Shown in pieces: positions 51,102 through 64,000 of a stretch of 64,000 nucleotides of DNA. Origin of the DNA: Camelus ferus (taxonomy: Eukaryota). The notes beneath the pieces are model-generated. The model did not search any database. It had not been told where the DNA came from and saw only the letters and a program-made list of their open reading frames with translations. The stretch lies in contig NC_045697.1 of the NCBI RefSeq assembly GCF_009834535.1, forward strand, positions 3,412,001-3,476,000, read 5' to 3'. Position 1 is the first letter of the stretch. Each line of letters starts with the position of its first letter. Made by a program: the position numbers and the translations under genes.

Positions 51102-51443
51102 ATGATGGTGATAATGGTGATGATGGTGGTGGTGGTGATGGTGGTGGTGATGGTGATGATGGTGATGATGGTGGTGGTGATGATAATGATGGTGATGATG
51201 GTGATGATGGTGGTGGTGATGGTGGTGGTGGTGATAATGATGGTGGTGGTGGTGGTGATGGTGGTGGTGGTGATGGTGATGATGATCGTGGTGGTGGTGG
51301 TGATGGTGGCGATGGTGGTGATGGTGATATCATAGTGAGGATGGTGGTGGTGGTGATGGTGGTGGTGGTGGTGATGGTGGTGATGATGGTGGTAGTGATG
51401 ATGGTGATATCATAGTGAGGATGATGAGGATGGTGCTGATGGT
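51102..51443 (+). repeat. (GGT/GAT)n compound trinucleotide microsatellite
   Basis: Seen directly. It produces the spurious poly-Gly/Asp, Val/Met and Pro/Ser ORFs in the track. Confidence 0.95.
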
Positions 51444-54044
51444 GCAGACAGTGCTGGCAGGACGTGCTGGGGGAAGGTAAAGGGAGCCACCGCTACTCTG
51501 GACCTTTATGTGTCAGCTGTTTTACCATCAAATATCAAAGTTCTGAACGTAGTGATGCCTCAGTTCACTGGGTGACCCCAGTAAAGGCTGGGGAAGGGCA
51601 CCAGGCTCTCTGGACGTCTCAGTTTCTTTCCTGGGTACGTGGGGCAACGTCCCTTGGTCTGGAATTCCTTCACAGGGTTGTCATGCAGCTCAGATAAAGA
51701 AGCTGAGAGTCGAGTGCAAAGGTTTCCAGACTGCAGAGACCAGAGGCTGCTCTCCTCCCTCCTGAGCCTCAGTTTCCCCATTTGCACAAGGAGGTGGCTG
51801 ATGTTCATGGTCCCCCAGACCCTCCCAGCTGTGAGATGCTGGGAGCCAAGGGCCCACCGGGCAACTATTTCTGAGATCAACAGGTTGGGTGGGTGGGGTG
51901 TGGAAGAGGGAATCTTCATGGGCGTGGCCTGTGCTGGGAATAGCATTTGACCTCTCAATAGCTGCTGTTCCCATTTACTGGATAAGGAAACTGAGGCTCA
52001 GAGAAACGGGGAGAGCTGCCAAAGAACATGCAGCATGCTGGGGGCAGAAATGCACACCCAGGTCCTCCCTGGCTCATGTGGATTAAGCAGGACATTGAAA
52101 AGCAACCCCGGACACTGTCCTGCAGGGCCCAGCACTGGCCACCCACAGCTTTGGTGCCTGCGTGTCCTCCTGACTTCCACAGAGTGTGTTCCTCATTTTC
52201 TGCATTTTCGACTCCAGCCTGTTGGGTTCACCCTGTGCAATCTTGTGCAGTCCTTGTGAGGGGAGGGCCTTTCCCAAACCACCATGGGCTCCAAGCTCCC
52301 TCTGCTCCCAGCACAGCGAGGGCAGCCTCCTCTCTTCCCTGTTTGCTTTGGACCCCGAGTTGCTGCATTTGCTGGCCAACTGCACTCAGGAGTCCTCAAA
52401 GGAAGCGGAAGGCCTCCCTGCATCATTAACAGCCCGGTCTGAGCATGCAGCCTGGGGGCCTGGGACCAGCACCAGGCTTGAGCCAGACCACAATTTGAAT
52501 TGCAGTCCTGCCAGCTGTGTGACATGGGGCAGATCGCCCACCCTCTCTGAGCCTCAAGTTCCCCACTGCCCAATGAGCTCCATCACAGCCTCATGAGATT
52601 GTGTCGAGGAAGGGAGGAGACACAACCCAGGGCTTGTGGTTCTCAGCAAACGAGAGTGCCCTTCCCCGACTCCTCAATGGGCCACCACTAGGGTTAAAAC
52701 ATGATCAGATTCGGACAGCGCTTGGCACAGACTAGGGGCTCAGGGAAAGGCACTGCCCACAGGGTCCACGGTCCTGAAGCTGGTGTTTCCCTTGTCAACA
52801 CCAGAAGTGGGAGGTCCCTTGCAAGGTGGGTGCACCACTGCGGTCACAAGGGCCCCCACTTTCTAGTCCATGGGATGGGGAACCCACACAAACCACCCCT
52901 CCTGTGAGAAAGGCAAGGCCAGCCTGATCATTCCTGTTTCACAGATGAAGATCCTGAGGTTCCAAGAGGGTCAGTGATGTGCCCAGGCCCCCAGCTGGTC
53001 AGGGCTGGAGCAAGGCTGGGGTTTGGGCCTGGGGAAGGCCGGACACCAAGCTCAGCTGTCCATCCAGGGTCAGTGGGCACATCCCAGTGGTGGTTGGAGC
53101 CGGGGAGGGCAGCAGGAGGGAGGAAAGGGTGGCCGAAGGGCATAGCCTCAGAGAAAGCTGGAGGAGGCCTCAGCCTGACAGAAACCTGGCCTGGCCTCCC
53201 CCAAGGAGCAGGTGACAGGGGGAGACACCAGCTAGGAAGTCACTCCCCCTAGAACTCTGCTGACTACCAGCCCATCCCTAACTTGGGGGGAGATTAGCTT
53301 TAGAAGACACAAGTACAGGGCAGCGTGTTTGCATGTGAACGGGTAAGAGGTAACATCCACAGAGCCCTAACCATGCTCTGGGCATCACCCAGTGGGCACT
53401 CAACCCTCTCTATGAACAAGACGTGACAAGGCCCCATTTTACAGATGTCAAAACTGAGTCTTAGAGAAGCACGGAGATATACGGGGTCAATCTGAGCTCA
53501 GCCTTGTCTCACTCTCCAAGTCCCTGCTTTCTGCTGCATCTTCCTTTAGTCCAAGTGGACCCCAGGGTGCTCTGGGGTCTGAATTGACGCAGATCCAAGC
53601 AGAAACAGTCCCGACAGGTTCCACCACACCCAGCATCTCATCTGGACAGGCGAGGTCATGGCACCAAGGCTGGAGGTACAGTCCCAGAGCCAACGCACAG
53701 TCTCCAAGCCCACTGCCCCTGGCCTGTGGGGCCCTGAGCCAGCTGGGCCTCCCCGGCCTCCCTAACGTACCCCATCAACAGGGATAACAGTGCCAGTGCT
53801 GCCTCAAATGACAGCTGTGAGGCACAGAGCAGCTACTGAGCCCAAAGAGCTCAGAGGAGCATGTGGTGCAAGGACTTAACAAATGCTTAATGAACGCCAG
53901 CAGCTACTGCCAAAGGAAGGTTCCTTTTGCAGATGCAAACACAGAAGCTCTGAGAGGTTAAGTCACGTGCCCAAGGTCACACAGCTGGTATCAGGAAGAG
54001 TCAAACACAGATAGATCTGAATCACAGCAGTCCCTCTACATTTA

Positions 54045-54600
54045 TTCAGTCAACAAGCATGAGGTGAGCACCTACTGTGTGCCACACTTTGCGCGAGTGC
54101 CTGGGTATCCAGGGACACGAACGTGCAAAGTGCAGCTGCTGTGACCGCCTGCAGGGAGGACGTGCTCTCATAGGGACCTGGGGACAGAAGCAGCACGTAC
54201 GATTCACAGTCAAGGGCAGGAAGCTCAGAGCTGCTGTGGGAGCACAGGTGAGGACGCCCCACCCTAACAGCCTCAGGGGCCATCCAGCACCATGGACAGC
54301 CTCCTGGGGGACAGGACATCCACACAGGACTGGAGGGTGAGGACGGGTTACTCAGGCAAGAGGGCATAGGGAACAGCATGAGCTGAGGTCTGGAAAAGAA
54401 AGCCAGCATCATGTGCTCAGAGAATGTCAAGTAGGTTCAGAGTGGGAGGAACTTAGAATTGGGGAGGTGGAGACCTTGGGGAGGGATTTGGTTTATATCC
54501 ACAGGTGGGCAAAGGGAAACCAGTGAAAGGATTCACCGGCAGGAGTGTTAGCAAAGTGGGGACGCGCTGGAGGGGGCAGGATGGGCAGCTGGGATGCTGG
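54045..54600 (-). mobile_element. L2 fragment
   Basis: Contains attcagtcaacaagcat...tgagcacctactgtgtgcca, catagggaacagcatgagc and ggatttggtttatatcc. Confidence 0.6.
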
Positions 54601-56751
54601 TAAGAAAGAGGATAAGCAGCCTGACCCCATTGCACTGGATCCCCCCGGGGGGGCAGGCAGACTGGGTACGAAAGGACGCCAAGCTCCGGGGCTGTGATGC
54701 TTATGGGGCTGTCTGTCTTTCTCCCCCGTGTGTGGAGTCCCCGCTCCTGCTTGTGTTCCCCCCGCCTCCTTCAGGGACAGGCGGTCTCTAAGCTGGGGTC
54801 TCCTGACTGCAGTGAGCTCTGAGGCTGGTCCCCCGACAGTGGCAGTCCTGAGGCGCCAGCACAGCCCTGAGGACGGATGCTTTACAAGGCCAACCGAGGG
54901 GACAGGAGCATTCCTGCCAGCGAGCCCCGTGGCCTCCTCAGAGGGCACCCTTCCCGGAGGAGGGCTGCCTGGGAAGGCCCCGCCCCCTAAACTCCCTGCA
55001 CTGCCCAGGCTGGGCAGAGGGATGCACTCACGGGCCCCCACTGGCCCTAAGAGGGGTCATTTTCCTTATGCAGAACAGGAAGGAAACGGTCTTTTCCATG
55101 ACGCTGCGAGAGGGGAGGACAGGGGCTCCCAGGGGCCCCAGACAGGCAGGCAGGACCTAGAGAATAAATAACCAGCAGAGTCCAGCACCGGGCGGTGGCC
55201 CTTCCCCGGCCGAAGCTGTCAGCTCCCAGTCTCAGGTCACATCTGCTCTCTGTCCCACCCCTACTTCTGAGTGTGGCCCTTGGGGCCTCGGCCCCGGGAC
55301 CCTCCCTCTACCCCACCCCCGGGACCCGGCCTTGCATCACGCCCTCCTGCTGCCCAAGGCTCTTGTAGACCCTGCTTCGAACCTCCAGTGGAAGGCGCGG
55401 CAGGCCCGGCACCCCCCGCCCCTTCTCTCCTCCCTGAATCCCTCCACGCCACTCGGGAGCCCCTCCCCAGCCCCCTCACTCCCCAGCAGGACTCTCGAGG
55501 GGGACACAACAACTCGCGAATGAAGGTTCTGGACTGGGGTTTGGCAGAGCTCCTGTGTTTTCTGGAACACAGACGCCGTGAACATCAGAGATGGAGCCTG
55601 GACCTAAGCCACATGAGATGATCTTGATTCAGAAATTCTCGCCTCCCTTTATGCGCACAGACAGGGTTTCAAACCTGAAATATGAGGCTTCTAGTTGTCT
55701 TATTGGCAGGGAACATGTGGACGATTTAAAATGCCAAATCAACTGCAAGATGTCGGCAAGGCCCGGTGGGGGGTGGTGGCAGCACACCACGTGGATTCTT
55801 TACCACAGGAGAAAGGATCCCCAGGAGAGGGACCCTCCAAAGTCTTAGCACCACCTGGACAGTGGCGACGTGGCACCTGATGCCCCGGTGAGCGGGAACC
55901 TGTTCACCAAGGCACGAGCGATCATGTGGCCACAAATGCTGAGGTCGAGTTAGGGTGCTCAGAAATAGCGGGGTCTGCAGAGGCAAGCTCAGGGAGGCAC
56001 ACCTCTGAATGCATGACTCTCAGCAGCCCAGCCCTGCTCCCTGCCCACCAGGTGGTTGCTGAGCCTGAATTAGGGCCAGACTCCCCCATCACAGGAGTCT
56101 CGTGGAAGCTGGTATTAGCACCCGGTCTCCCTGCGGGCTGGTGATCCCCAGACGGCGGAGGGGCAGAGGCCGGCGGAATGCAGCTGGGTCTCTCCAACAC
56201 CGGAGGGTAATCGAGAATGTTAACAGCTCCCTTTTCATATTTTTCCATACAATTTAGATCACAGCCAACAAGCTGATGCCGCCCAGGTTCTGATGTTGGA
56301 GGTGATTCTCAGGGAAGCCCAGACAAGGGGCAGGGACCTCAGGTTCAAGACTGATCTCTGCCTCACCGCACGGGGATCCTGGGCACGTCACAGCGTCTCC
56401 AGCCTCCTTCCCTTCCCCCTGTAAGATGGGGTGGCTGTGCCCACAGGTGAAGGTGCTTCTGGTGGTTGAATGTCACTGGGAGCTCGGGAAAGCAGAACTT
56501 CGATTTATTACCGAGAGAAGACTCCTGCTGCTTCTGATGTCGGTGGGCTTCTTGGTTCAGGAAGAGACCTGCAGGGGCCCCTCCTGCACACATGTGGAGG
56601 GAGAGTCATCCAGCCCCTCCCAGGAGGGGACAGCAGTGGAGCGCCATGCCCTCTGAGCTGACCCTTGGGGAAGTGAGAGACAGTGGTGTGTGGGGACCAG
56701 GGAGCATCCTGGACAGAGGGCCTGGGACCTCATCCTCTCCCCTCTGGGATC

Positions 56752-57193
56752 TGTAGGGCGTTGAATAGGGACCTCCAAAAGACACGTCCGTATCCTAACC
56801 CCTAGAACCTGTGAATATGACCTCACCTGGGAAAGAAATTTCTTTGCTGATGTGAGGAAGTTAAGAATCTCAAGACAAGATCATCCTGGATTATCCGAGC
56901 AGGGCTTAAATCCAGTGACAAGTGTTCGTGTAGGAGGCAGAAGAGGAGACACACAGACACACAAGGAGGAGGCCACGTGAAGAGACGGGGCGGGGGGTGG
57001 GGGATGCAGCCACAAGCCAAGGAGCGCTGGGGGCCCTGAAGCTGAAAGAGGCAAGGATCCTTCGCTAGGGCCTTCAGACGGAGCACAGCCCTCTGACACC
57101 TTGATTTCAGACATCTGGTCTCCAGCACCGTGAGAAAAGGAATCTGTTATTTTAAACCCCTGGTTTGTTACAGCAAATGCAGGACACTGACCA
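56752..57193 (+). mobile_element. MaLR solo LTR (MLT1C/D-like)
   Basis: Contains tcctaacccctagaacctgtgaatatgacct, atcatcctggattatcc, gcagccacaagccaagga and ctgacaccttgatttcagac. Confidence 0.85.
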
Positions 57194-58655
57194 AGAATCA
57201 GAGTATTCGGGGGGGGGGGGTCTCAGCTGGGCCAGGAGGCGACGGTTCAGCCCCAGGTGCCCCAGCAGCGCAGGCGTGAGGACCCTCAATGGTTCCTTCT
57301 TGTGAGGAAAAGGAATCCATCCTGGTGACCCTGCCCAGGGCCAGGGAGTCCAGAGGAGGAGGCTGAGTCCAGCCCATGACCCTCTGTCCCCAGCTTCTCT
57401 GGCCCTGCCAACAGCCACCCTGCAGGCTGGTCCAGACTCCGAGGGCAGCATACTGGGGCCCTGCTGGCCGAGGGGCAGCCCACAGGGCTCCTCAGACTGG
57501 GCAGGTCTCCTTTTCAACCACTGGAAAGAACATTTGCAAAAAGCCTCAAGAATGCTGGCGGTCCTGCTATAATGAGCACAACTCAATGGAAACATAAAGA
57601 GCTGTTTCCTCCCGTGAGTGGGAATCCAAGGCTGTGATGCGGGTGACCTCAGTGGGCTCTGTGGTGCCTGGTACCAGCGTGAGCTATCAGACAGGGGCCA
57701 GGATGCTGACTGCAATGCAGGGAGTGACGATGGTGGTGGGGCTGCTGGCTGGGCCCTGGTTGACCTGCTTGGTTTAGGGAACTCCCCTGGGTTGAGCTGC
57801 CACCCCCAGTCCCCGCCCTGACCCGCCTGCCTCCCAGCTCTGAGCCTCCCCCTCATTCCCGCCTCTCCGGGTTCCCAGCCTCTCAGCCCTGCCTCTCTTC
57901 TCCCTCCTCTGGGTCTAACCTAATCTGGCTTCCCCTGAGCCCAGGGAAGGCTCCCTCTGGATGCTCCTCCCTCCGGCCTCCCTCAGTCTCCCAGCATGTT
58001 CCCAAGGAAGCTGCCCTTCCCGGAGGAGCCAGCCCTGAGGCCACCCAACCTCTGCCCCGGTGCCCAGCCTCCACTGTGTCCACACCAGGGCCCTACTAAG
58101 TAGGTCAAGGCTCCCTAACCTGTTTCCCACCTGGTGTTTTCCACTAGGAGGAAAAGTAAAGAGAGTGCTGGGAGCTGTAAGCGAAGAGCTGGAGGAAGCA
58201 GCCTCCCCTTGGGGCTCAGGAGGCAGACAGGAGGCTGTGGGGGAGAGGCCGGCCAAGCCAGCCTGCTGGGGATGAAGGGAGCTCAGCTGGGCCGGGCTGG
58301 GCCGCCGTGTGATGGAGAAGGCAGAGGGTGGCCTCTGAGCCCTGGGCTGCGTGACCCCGGTGCTCTGCCCGGAGCCTGTCATGCCCAGAGCAGCCACGAC
58401 CCCTGTAACTTGGAGTCTGCGGGTAGGGCTCTGACATGCCCAGACGGGAATGAAAACAGCGGGTGTGTGGTTTCCTGGCAGGACTCTCAGAACCTGTGCC
58501 CACAGGGAAGTCTGGCCTTGGTCCAGAACTCTTCATAACTCGCTCATTCGTTCATTCAATAAATGCCTTTGCGCGGATGCTCAGGCCCTGTGCGAACCCT
58601 CAGCTGGGTCCCCACACTTGCAGAGGGGCTCCCCTTCCTGTAGGAGCAGCAGGCA

Positions 58656-58656
<1 letters not shown>

Positions 58657-58684
<28 letters not shown>
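58657..58684 (+). repeat. (CA)n microsatellite
   Basis: Seen directly. Imperfect (TG)n tracts also occur at 18499-18546 and 62790-62838. Confidence 0.95.
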
Positions 58685-58686
<2 letters not shown>

Positions 58687-61600
58687 AAAGGAAGAGGGGT
58701 CTGGCCAGAGGGACAGGGTCGGGTGCCGTGGAGGCGGCTCTTGGGAGGTGACATTTAATCTGTAATGCCCCTTCCAGCTCAGCATCCTCACACTGAAAGA
58801 CAGCATCACTTTGTTTTTTCCTTTTAAATAAGATCGGAGTGGAGGAGGGGAAAGGAGAGGAAACCCCGCGGGGTGCGTGTGCGGAGGACGGAAGTCCTGT
58901 TCTTTCCACGCCATCATCAGCACTTTCTGGCCAAAGCCTTCGGATCCTCATGGGGCCGCACTCCTTTCTGCTCCACAAACCTTGCTAAAGCAGACTTCCC
59001 GGTGACAGCATCCTTCCCACGGCGATGCTACCTTAATCCCTGCCCAGCTGCTCCGTCTCGGCTCCATTAGAAAGAGAATTCATATCATACGAGGAAGATA
59101 AACTTGATACTGTGCAGGTCACTTTGGTTCCTGACCTGAGAAATATGGACACGTGTGAGCGGGATGACAGACGCAGCGGCCTTTGGTGGGAAAGACGGAG
59201 ATGTAATTCTCAGCGCGTCTAAATCAGTCACCTTGGAAAATACACTCAGCTGCGGGGCGGGCTGCGGGCTAGTTCCCGCGAGTAGATGGTGGGGCCTTGA
59301 GAGTGGACAGCTCGAAGGTGCTCTCACTGCATGTTGATTTCTACTGAGCTGTGCTTCCTAGGAAACCTCGGCAAAGCAAAGAAAGGCAAAAGCACTTAAG
59401 TGCTTGAAAAAATAGGTGGGGAAATAACATCTGTAGAGATGGAACGTCCTGGGGTTTGGAATTCCATAAATGCTACTTTCTAAGTCAGCAGGACTTCAAG
59501 TTTTTGGGTTTCAGTTTCCCGAGTTAAGTATGGGGACTCAGTGATAACCCCATCGAGGGGGTGTTGCCAGCCCCTTAAAAGAGAAGATGTACCAAAGGTT
59601 GCTAGCCTGGGACCCCGGCACGTAGTAAATGCTCAATAAATGTCAGTGCCCCTTTCTCTTCCCAGCAAGCCCCACCTCTGATAAATGAAAGGTTTGAGTT
59701 AGATTATCTCAAAGTCCCCAAATTCTAAGAATCCATGTGAAAAAAGTTCTACTTAGACTTGACCTCAAAGTTATCTTCCCATTTACCTGAGTTGAAAACA
59801 TGACCCAAACGTCTTGCCCTTCATTCACTCATGTATTAAAAACGCACACATCCCCACCTCAGGGCTCATCAACGTCACACCTCTGGGTCTTCTCGCAGCG
59901 CTGGGAGGCCGGCAGGGCAGCTGAAACAATTCCGAGAGGCCTGGAGGCCCTGAGGCCATATAGCGCACCAGCAGGGGGTCAGGGTGAGCTGCCCCCAGCT
60001 TGAGTGCCCCGTGCCTGTGTTTCCCACTGGGATGGCGCAATGTGAGGAGGCTGGTGGCAGAAGACAGACACAATGTGCAGAGGATTCCCTGTGCGGGGGG
60101 CTTTAACAGAAGATCTTATTTCAGTCCCTCGGCCCCCTGGAGAGCGAGGTCTCAGTACCAATCCCTGTGTTTCACAGGTGAGGAAACTGAGGCTCAGCGT
60201 TCTTAAGGTCCACGCCTTAAGATGCAAGTGGACGTCCAGGGGGAGAAGCAAGTGATTTTCTTCGGTCCCTTCCTCTCGATTGAGAACTCGTGCCGGGGGC
60301 TCCAGCGAGTGAGAACACCCCACGGGCCCCTGCACACCGGGCCGCAGCTGGCTGCGCCAGGCCTGGACACTGGCCCTGGGGGAGTCTGCCATGTTCTCTT
60401 TCCTGGGAATTTGGAATTAGGGCTGGAGAAGCTGGCTGAGCGGGTCCGGGAAGGGTTCCACGATCCGGACTCGCGGTCCAAGGCTGCCGTGTTGGACGGG
60501 GCGTCGGTGGAGCAGGTAGAGCCCCTGGCCGCAGAGCAGCAGAGGGCTAGTTCCCCAGTGGGCGGCGGGAGGAGCCGCCGATGGCGAGGGAGAGAGAGCG
60601 GACAGGGCCGCCCCGGCTTCCAAGCACGCTGTCCCCACTCAGCGACGCTCACCCACGGGGCTGCCTGCCCTTCCTATCACGAATCTCACTGTACGTAAGC
60701 CGCCTGGAGTCAGTTTCTGTTTTGCAACCCACAGCGCCCTAACTAGGACATGAGCAGTTGCTCCGCGGTTCAACCTGGGCTCTTCCTGCTCCCAAACGCT
60801 GAAGACGTACACACCAGGGGAGAGGGCAGGCGGGAGGGGGGCCCAGACGCACGCCCTGGCTTTGGCCACGGCCTCGGGTGGGCGGTGTGTCTGCCTTCTT
60901 TCCCACCCCAGTGCCCGGTGCCCTGTGCGTCCATCTCCCCGGTTACCTGACTTCACACCTGCCAAGTGACCAGTCCAGGTCGTGATAAGCTTGTCGTTAT
61001 GTGGTCCCTTCCCTGCGCCCCTGTGACCGCCTAGCAAGGCCCCTCAGAGCTTCCTCCTCCCTCAGTCCCAGGGACAGGCCCCAGCAAACCCAGACGAGCC
61101 CCCGCACCCTCTCCTGCACTGCCCAGGCTGCAGTGCGACCCTGGACCTCAGGGCTTCCCGCCTGCGGCAGAGCTGCCGCCTCCTCCCCAGGCTCCAGATG
61201 CCCTTGTCCCCTCATCCCACCATGCAGGGGCTGCCCACCTGACCACAGGTCACTCTCCAGCTTGCAGGTCACTCCCACCACCTCAGCATCAACTCCAACG
61301 CCCTCAACTGGAATGCGGGCCTCTTCACCTGCCCCCACCCTGGCTATGAGGCCACATCTCCTGCAGCCAGCACCACCACCACACCCAAACAGCACACCAA
61401 GGACGGGCCCCACGTTTTCTAGCCTCTCTGCCCTTGCATGTTTTGTCTTCTGTGTTCAAAAGTGATACCTTCCAGGTTGGCCTGGAAAACTCCCACACAC
61501 CCCCCAAAGCCCTTCTCAAATGGCACCTCCTCTTTGCGGCCCTCTCCAAAGCACCCCAGCACACAGCCCGGCCAGCATCTCCTGCTCTTTGCTCTGTTCT

Positions 61601-64000
61601 ACATCTCACTACAAAGCATAGTGAAGGTGCGTACGATTTCGTGGCATGTGTGACTGTCTGCTCACTAGACTCTCAGGGCTGGAGGGCAGAGGGGTAAGCC
61701 TCTTGTCCGTGTTGGGATTCCAGAGGTCTAATGAGCCCTGGGATGTCACGGGCTCTCCAAACGAGCTGTTTGAACTCAGTTAAATTACTCTGTGGGCACC
61801 TGCCCACGCTGTTAATTTTGAGTTCTGTTACCCCAGGGCTGGCTTTGAATTAGCTGAGGCAATCACTCCATCAGCCTCCACAATTCCAGGAAAGTATCCA
61901 GGGCAGGAAGAGAAGATGACTTCGGTCCAAAGCCCAAGTCCTGGGTCCAGCACGCCTTTCCCAGCAAAGGCTGGAGCCAGGGCGGAGCATCTGGTTTGGG
62001 GGTGACCTCCTGCCCACGTCCCCCAGCATCTGCTTCACCCCTGATCATCGTGGCCTAACCATCCTCCCCACTCCTCTGACCCCCAGCCAAGGTAGTATCG
62101 AACTCTACTACATGGCAAAGGTGGGTGGTGTCTCCTATCCAACAAAAAGCAAATCAGACTTGGCCCCTGAGAATTTCAGACGATATGTGCCCACCAAGCC
62201 GACCAATTTCTGAGACCAACACACAAAGAAAGGGAGCCGACTTGGACTGCCAGGTGGGGATGGTAGCACCCGCCCGCCATGGTGTGACCAGCCCCGGCCA
62301 TGGGACTGTGACGCTGTGAACGGGGCGCCCCTCGCCGGCACACACCACCACACACTCTGCAATCCTACTTTGGCAAATTCTCGATGGACGACCTCCAGCA
62401 AGGCTTCCTGACAACAGCAGCGTTTGGATCTCATCGAGGAGCAGAAGGCCAGGTGGCCTCAATGCCTGCCCCTCGCCTCCAGGCCTGGGGCTTGGCACAG
62501 TCTTGCTCAATAACAGCTGAATGTCAGGAAGAAACTGGGCTTCTGGCGGAGGCGCCAGCACTGGGAGACAGTGCCCGTGGAACCAAGCATCTCGGCTTCC
62601 CCCATGGGCTCATGTGCGGGTCCTAACCAGGCAGGCCCGGTGACAGTAAGAGACTGCCCTCACGAGAATGCTGCCCCCTGACTCTGCATCTCCCAGTCTC
62701 ACCAGATCCTTCTTGTGCGGTGTGAGAAGAGTCAGTCACTGCATGGTTTGCACACTGTGGGACCACCGTCCAAGCCAGAAGCGAGCTGAGTGTGTGCGTG
62801 CGTGTGTGTGTATGAGTGTGTGAGAGAGAGTGTGTGTGCGTTCAGGACCATTTTGTGAACAGATTTCATCTTAGTTTCCAGCCTCATCTCACCAGGATCC
62901 CTAAATTATGACCCCTAGGCTTCTGCCTACCAACTTGCTAGAAGGTTCCAGGGAATCCTGCCTCTGAACTTCTGTACCTGCTACTGCCCCTTCCTGGAGC
63001 TGTCACTCTCCAGCCCTACTTGACCCCCATCTTCGGAGCCATCCGAGGCCCTTCCCCACAGGTACCTCCTGACCATCCATCCCCTGATGGACATCACCCT
63101 TCTGGTATCTGAGTCACCCACTGGCCTCTGGACTCCTTGGGGACACATACCTTGCACCTCAGTACACCCAGCATGTAGCAGACCCTCCACCCAACCCGTC
63201 ACACTCAGTTCAGTAAACACACATCTGTTGATGTTGTATTGACAGGCTATTTGTTCTGGCAACAGTTTTTAATGTTTACTCATTAGATTTGCACTCCTAA
63301 CATCACTCCTTCCTTAGATGCTTTAATATAAAACAATAAGCAATCAGTGCCCAGAACAAAGGCCGGCTGCCCTGGCGAGCCTGACGGTGCTAGTCTAACA
63401 AAGCCGCACCCGCCAGCGGCTCAGACCATCGCTGGCAAAGGAATCGATGAAACGGAGTATCAAACTGACAATTATGTCTCAGGGATTAAGATTTTTTTCC
63501 CCATTAACACTTAGGCCCCAGTCAACTCGTGCTTTCCTCCACAATCTGAGTTGATGAAATTTTGTTCGGTTACTCCTGTCCCACCTCCCGTCGGATCAGT
63601 TCCAGAGCATGGGAGCCTTCCAGAGGGATGCTAATGACACAGGTGACGAGGCCCCACCCGCCCCGGTGCAGGGAGCCCTTTCCTGCTGCAGTCGGCGGGA
63701 GGTGTGGCTGGGGCCGATCGCCGCCTCTCCACACGGGCCCCGGCTTATGAGTCTGTGCTCCCAGGCCCTTCTGAGAAGAGCACATACACGAAAGAAATGT
63801 GGGGAGGGGGTGAGGGTTGGGGGGCTCTCTGTCCACCCCCTGCCCCTTCACAGGCCCCTCCTGAAGGGCAGCGACCAAGCACTTGGGTTTGGCACCAACG
63901 TGCAACGTCCTTCATTACCTGACTCCACCCTTGTCATCTGTCCCCCAGTGCCTGCCCCCTGACCCCGCTGTGGATCCCCTCATCCCCCTGATGTGGGAAG

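Larger units (their letters stand above)
21914..64000 (-). other. SORCS2: SORCS2 intron upstream of the exon (intron 2), partial
   Basis: No other SORCS2-like peptide was found to the right of the exon. SORCS2 has very long 5' introns. Confidence 0.85.

Noticed and set aside
51056..51415. Gly/Asp-, Val/Met- and Pro/Ser-rich ORFs
   Set aside because: They are translations of the (GGT/GAT)n microsatellite.
60222..60698. 158-aa ORF with a protein-like central stretch
   Set aside because: I recognise no homology, it begins next to a MIR fragment, and the CpG/GC-rich context explains the lack of stops.
21914..64000. PSAPL1, the nested retrogene known in human SORCS2 intron 2
   Set aside because: There is no long intronless ORF with saposin Cys patterns in this window. 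It presumably lies further upstream.

Overview
Mammalian genomic DNA, GC-rich and dominated by repeats. The whole window lies inside the SORCS2 gene (Vps10p-domain receptor), which runs on the minus strand. I can support only one coding exon, at 21814-21913 (100 nt, SSDFGTSYTKLTLQPGVTTVIDNFYICPTNKRK), which is exon 3 by human numbering recalled from memory. Everything to its right is intron 2 and everything to its left is intron 3. The introns hold MIR, L2, old L1M, MaLR (MLT1), LTR33 and MER33 fossils, two younger L1 insertions with target-site duplications (TSDs), a MER41-like ERV1 solo LTR, micro/minisatellites, an intragenic CpG island and several AT-rich homeodomain-motif islands that look like conserved enhancers. 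I saw no Alu, BovA/BovB, PRE-1 or Can-SINE copies, and the young L1 3' UTR resembles artiodactyl, probably camelid, L1 (inference). Almost all ORFs in the supplied track are chance ORFs. I found no new protein-coding system. The most notable items are: a candidate divergent promoter or unannotated exon in the CpG island near 46-47 kb; a 70-nt hairpin at 7937-8006; a twin-primed L1 with a fold-back junction; and a GAS-motif-bearing MER41-like LTR 740 bp from exon 3. Repeat family names come from recalled consensus similarity, and repeat boundaries are approximate unless a TSD is given.
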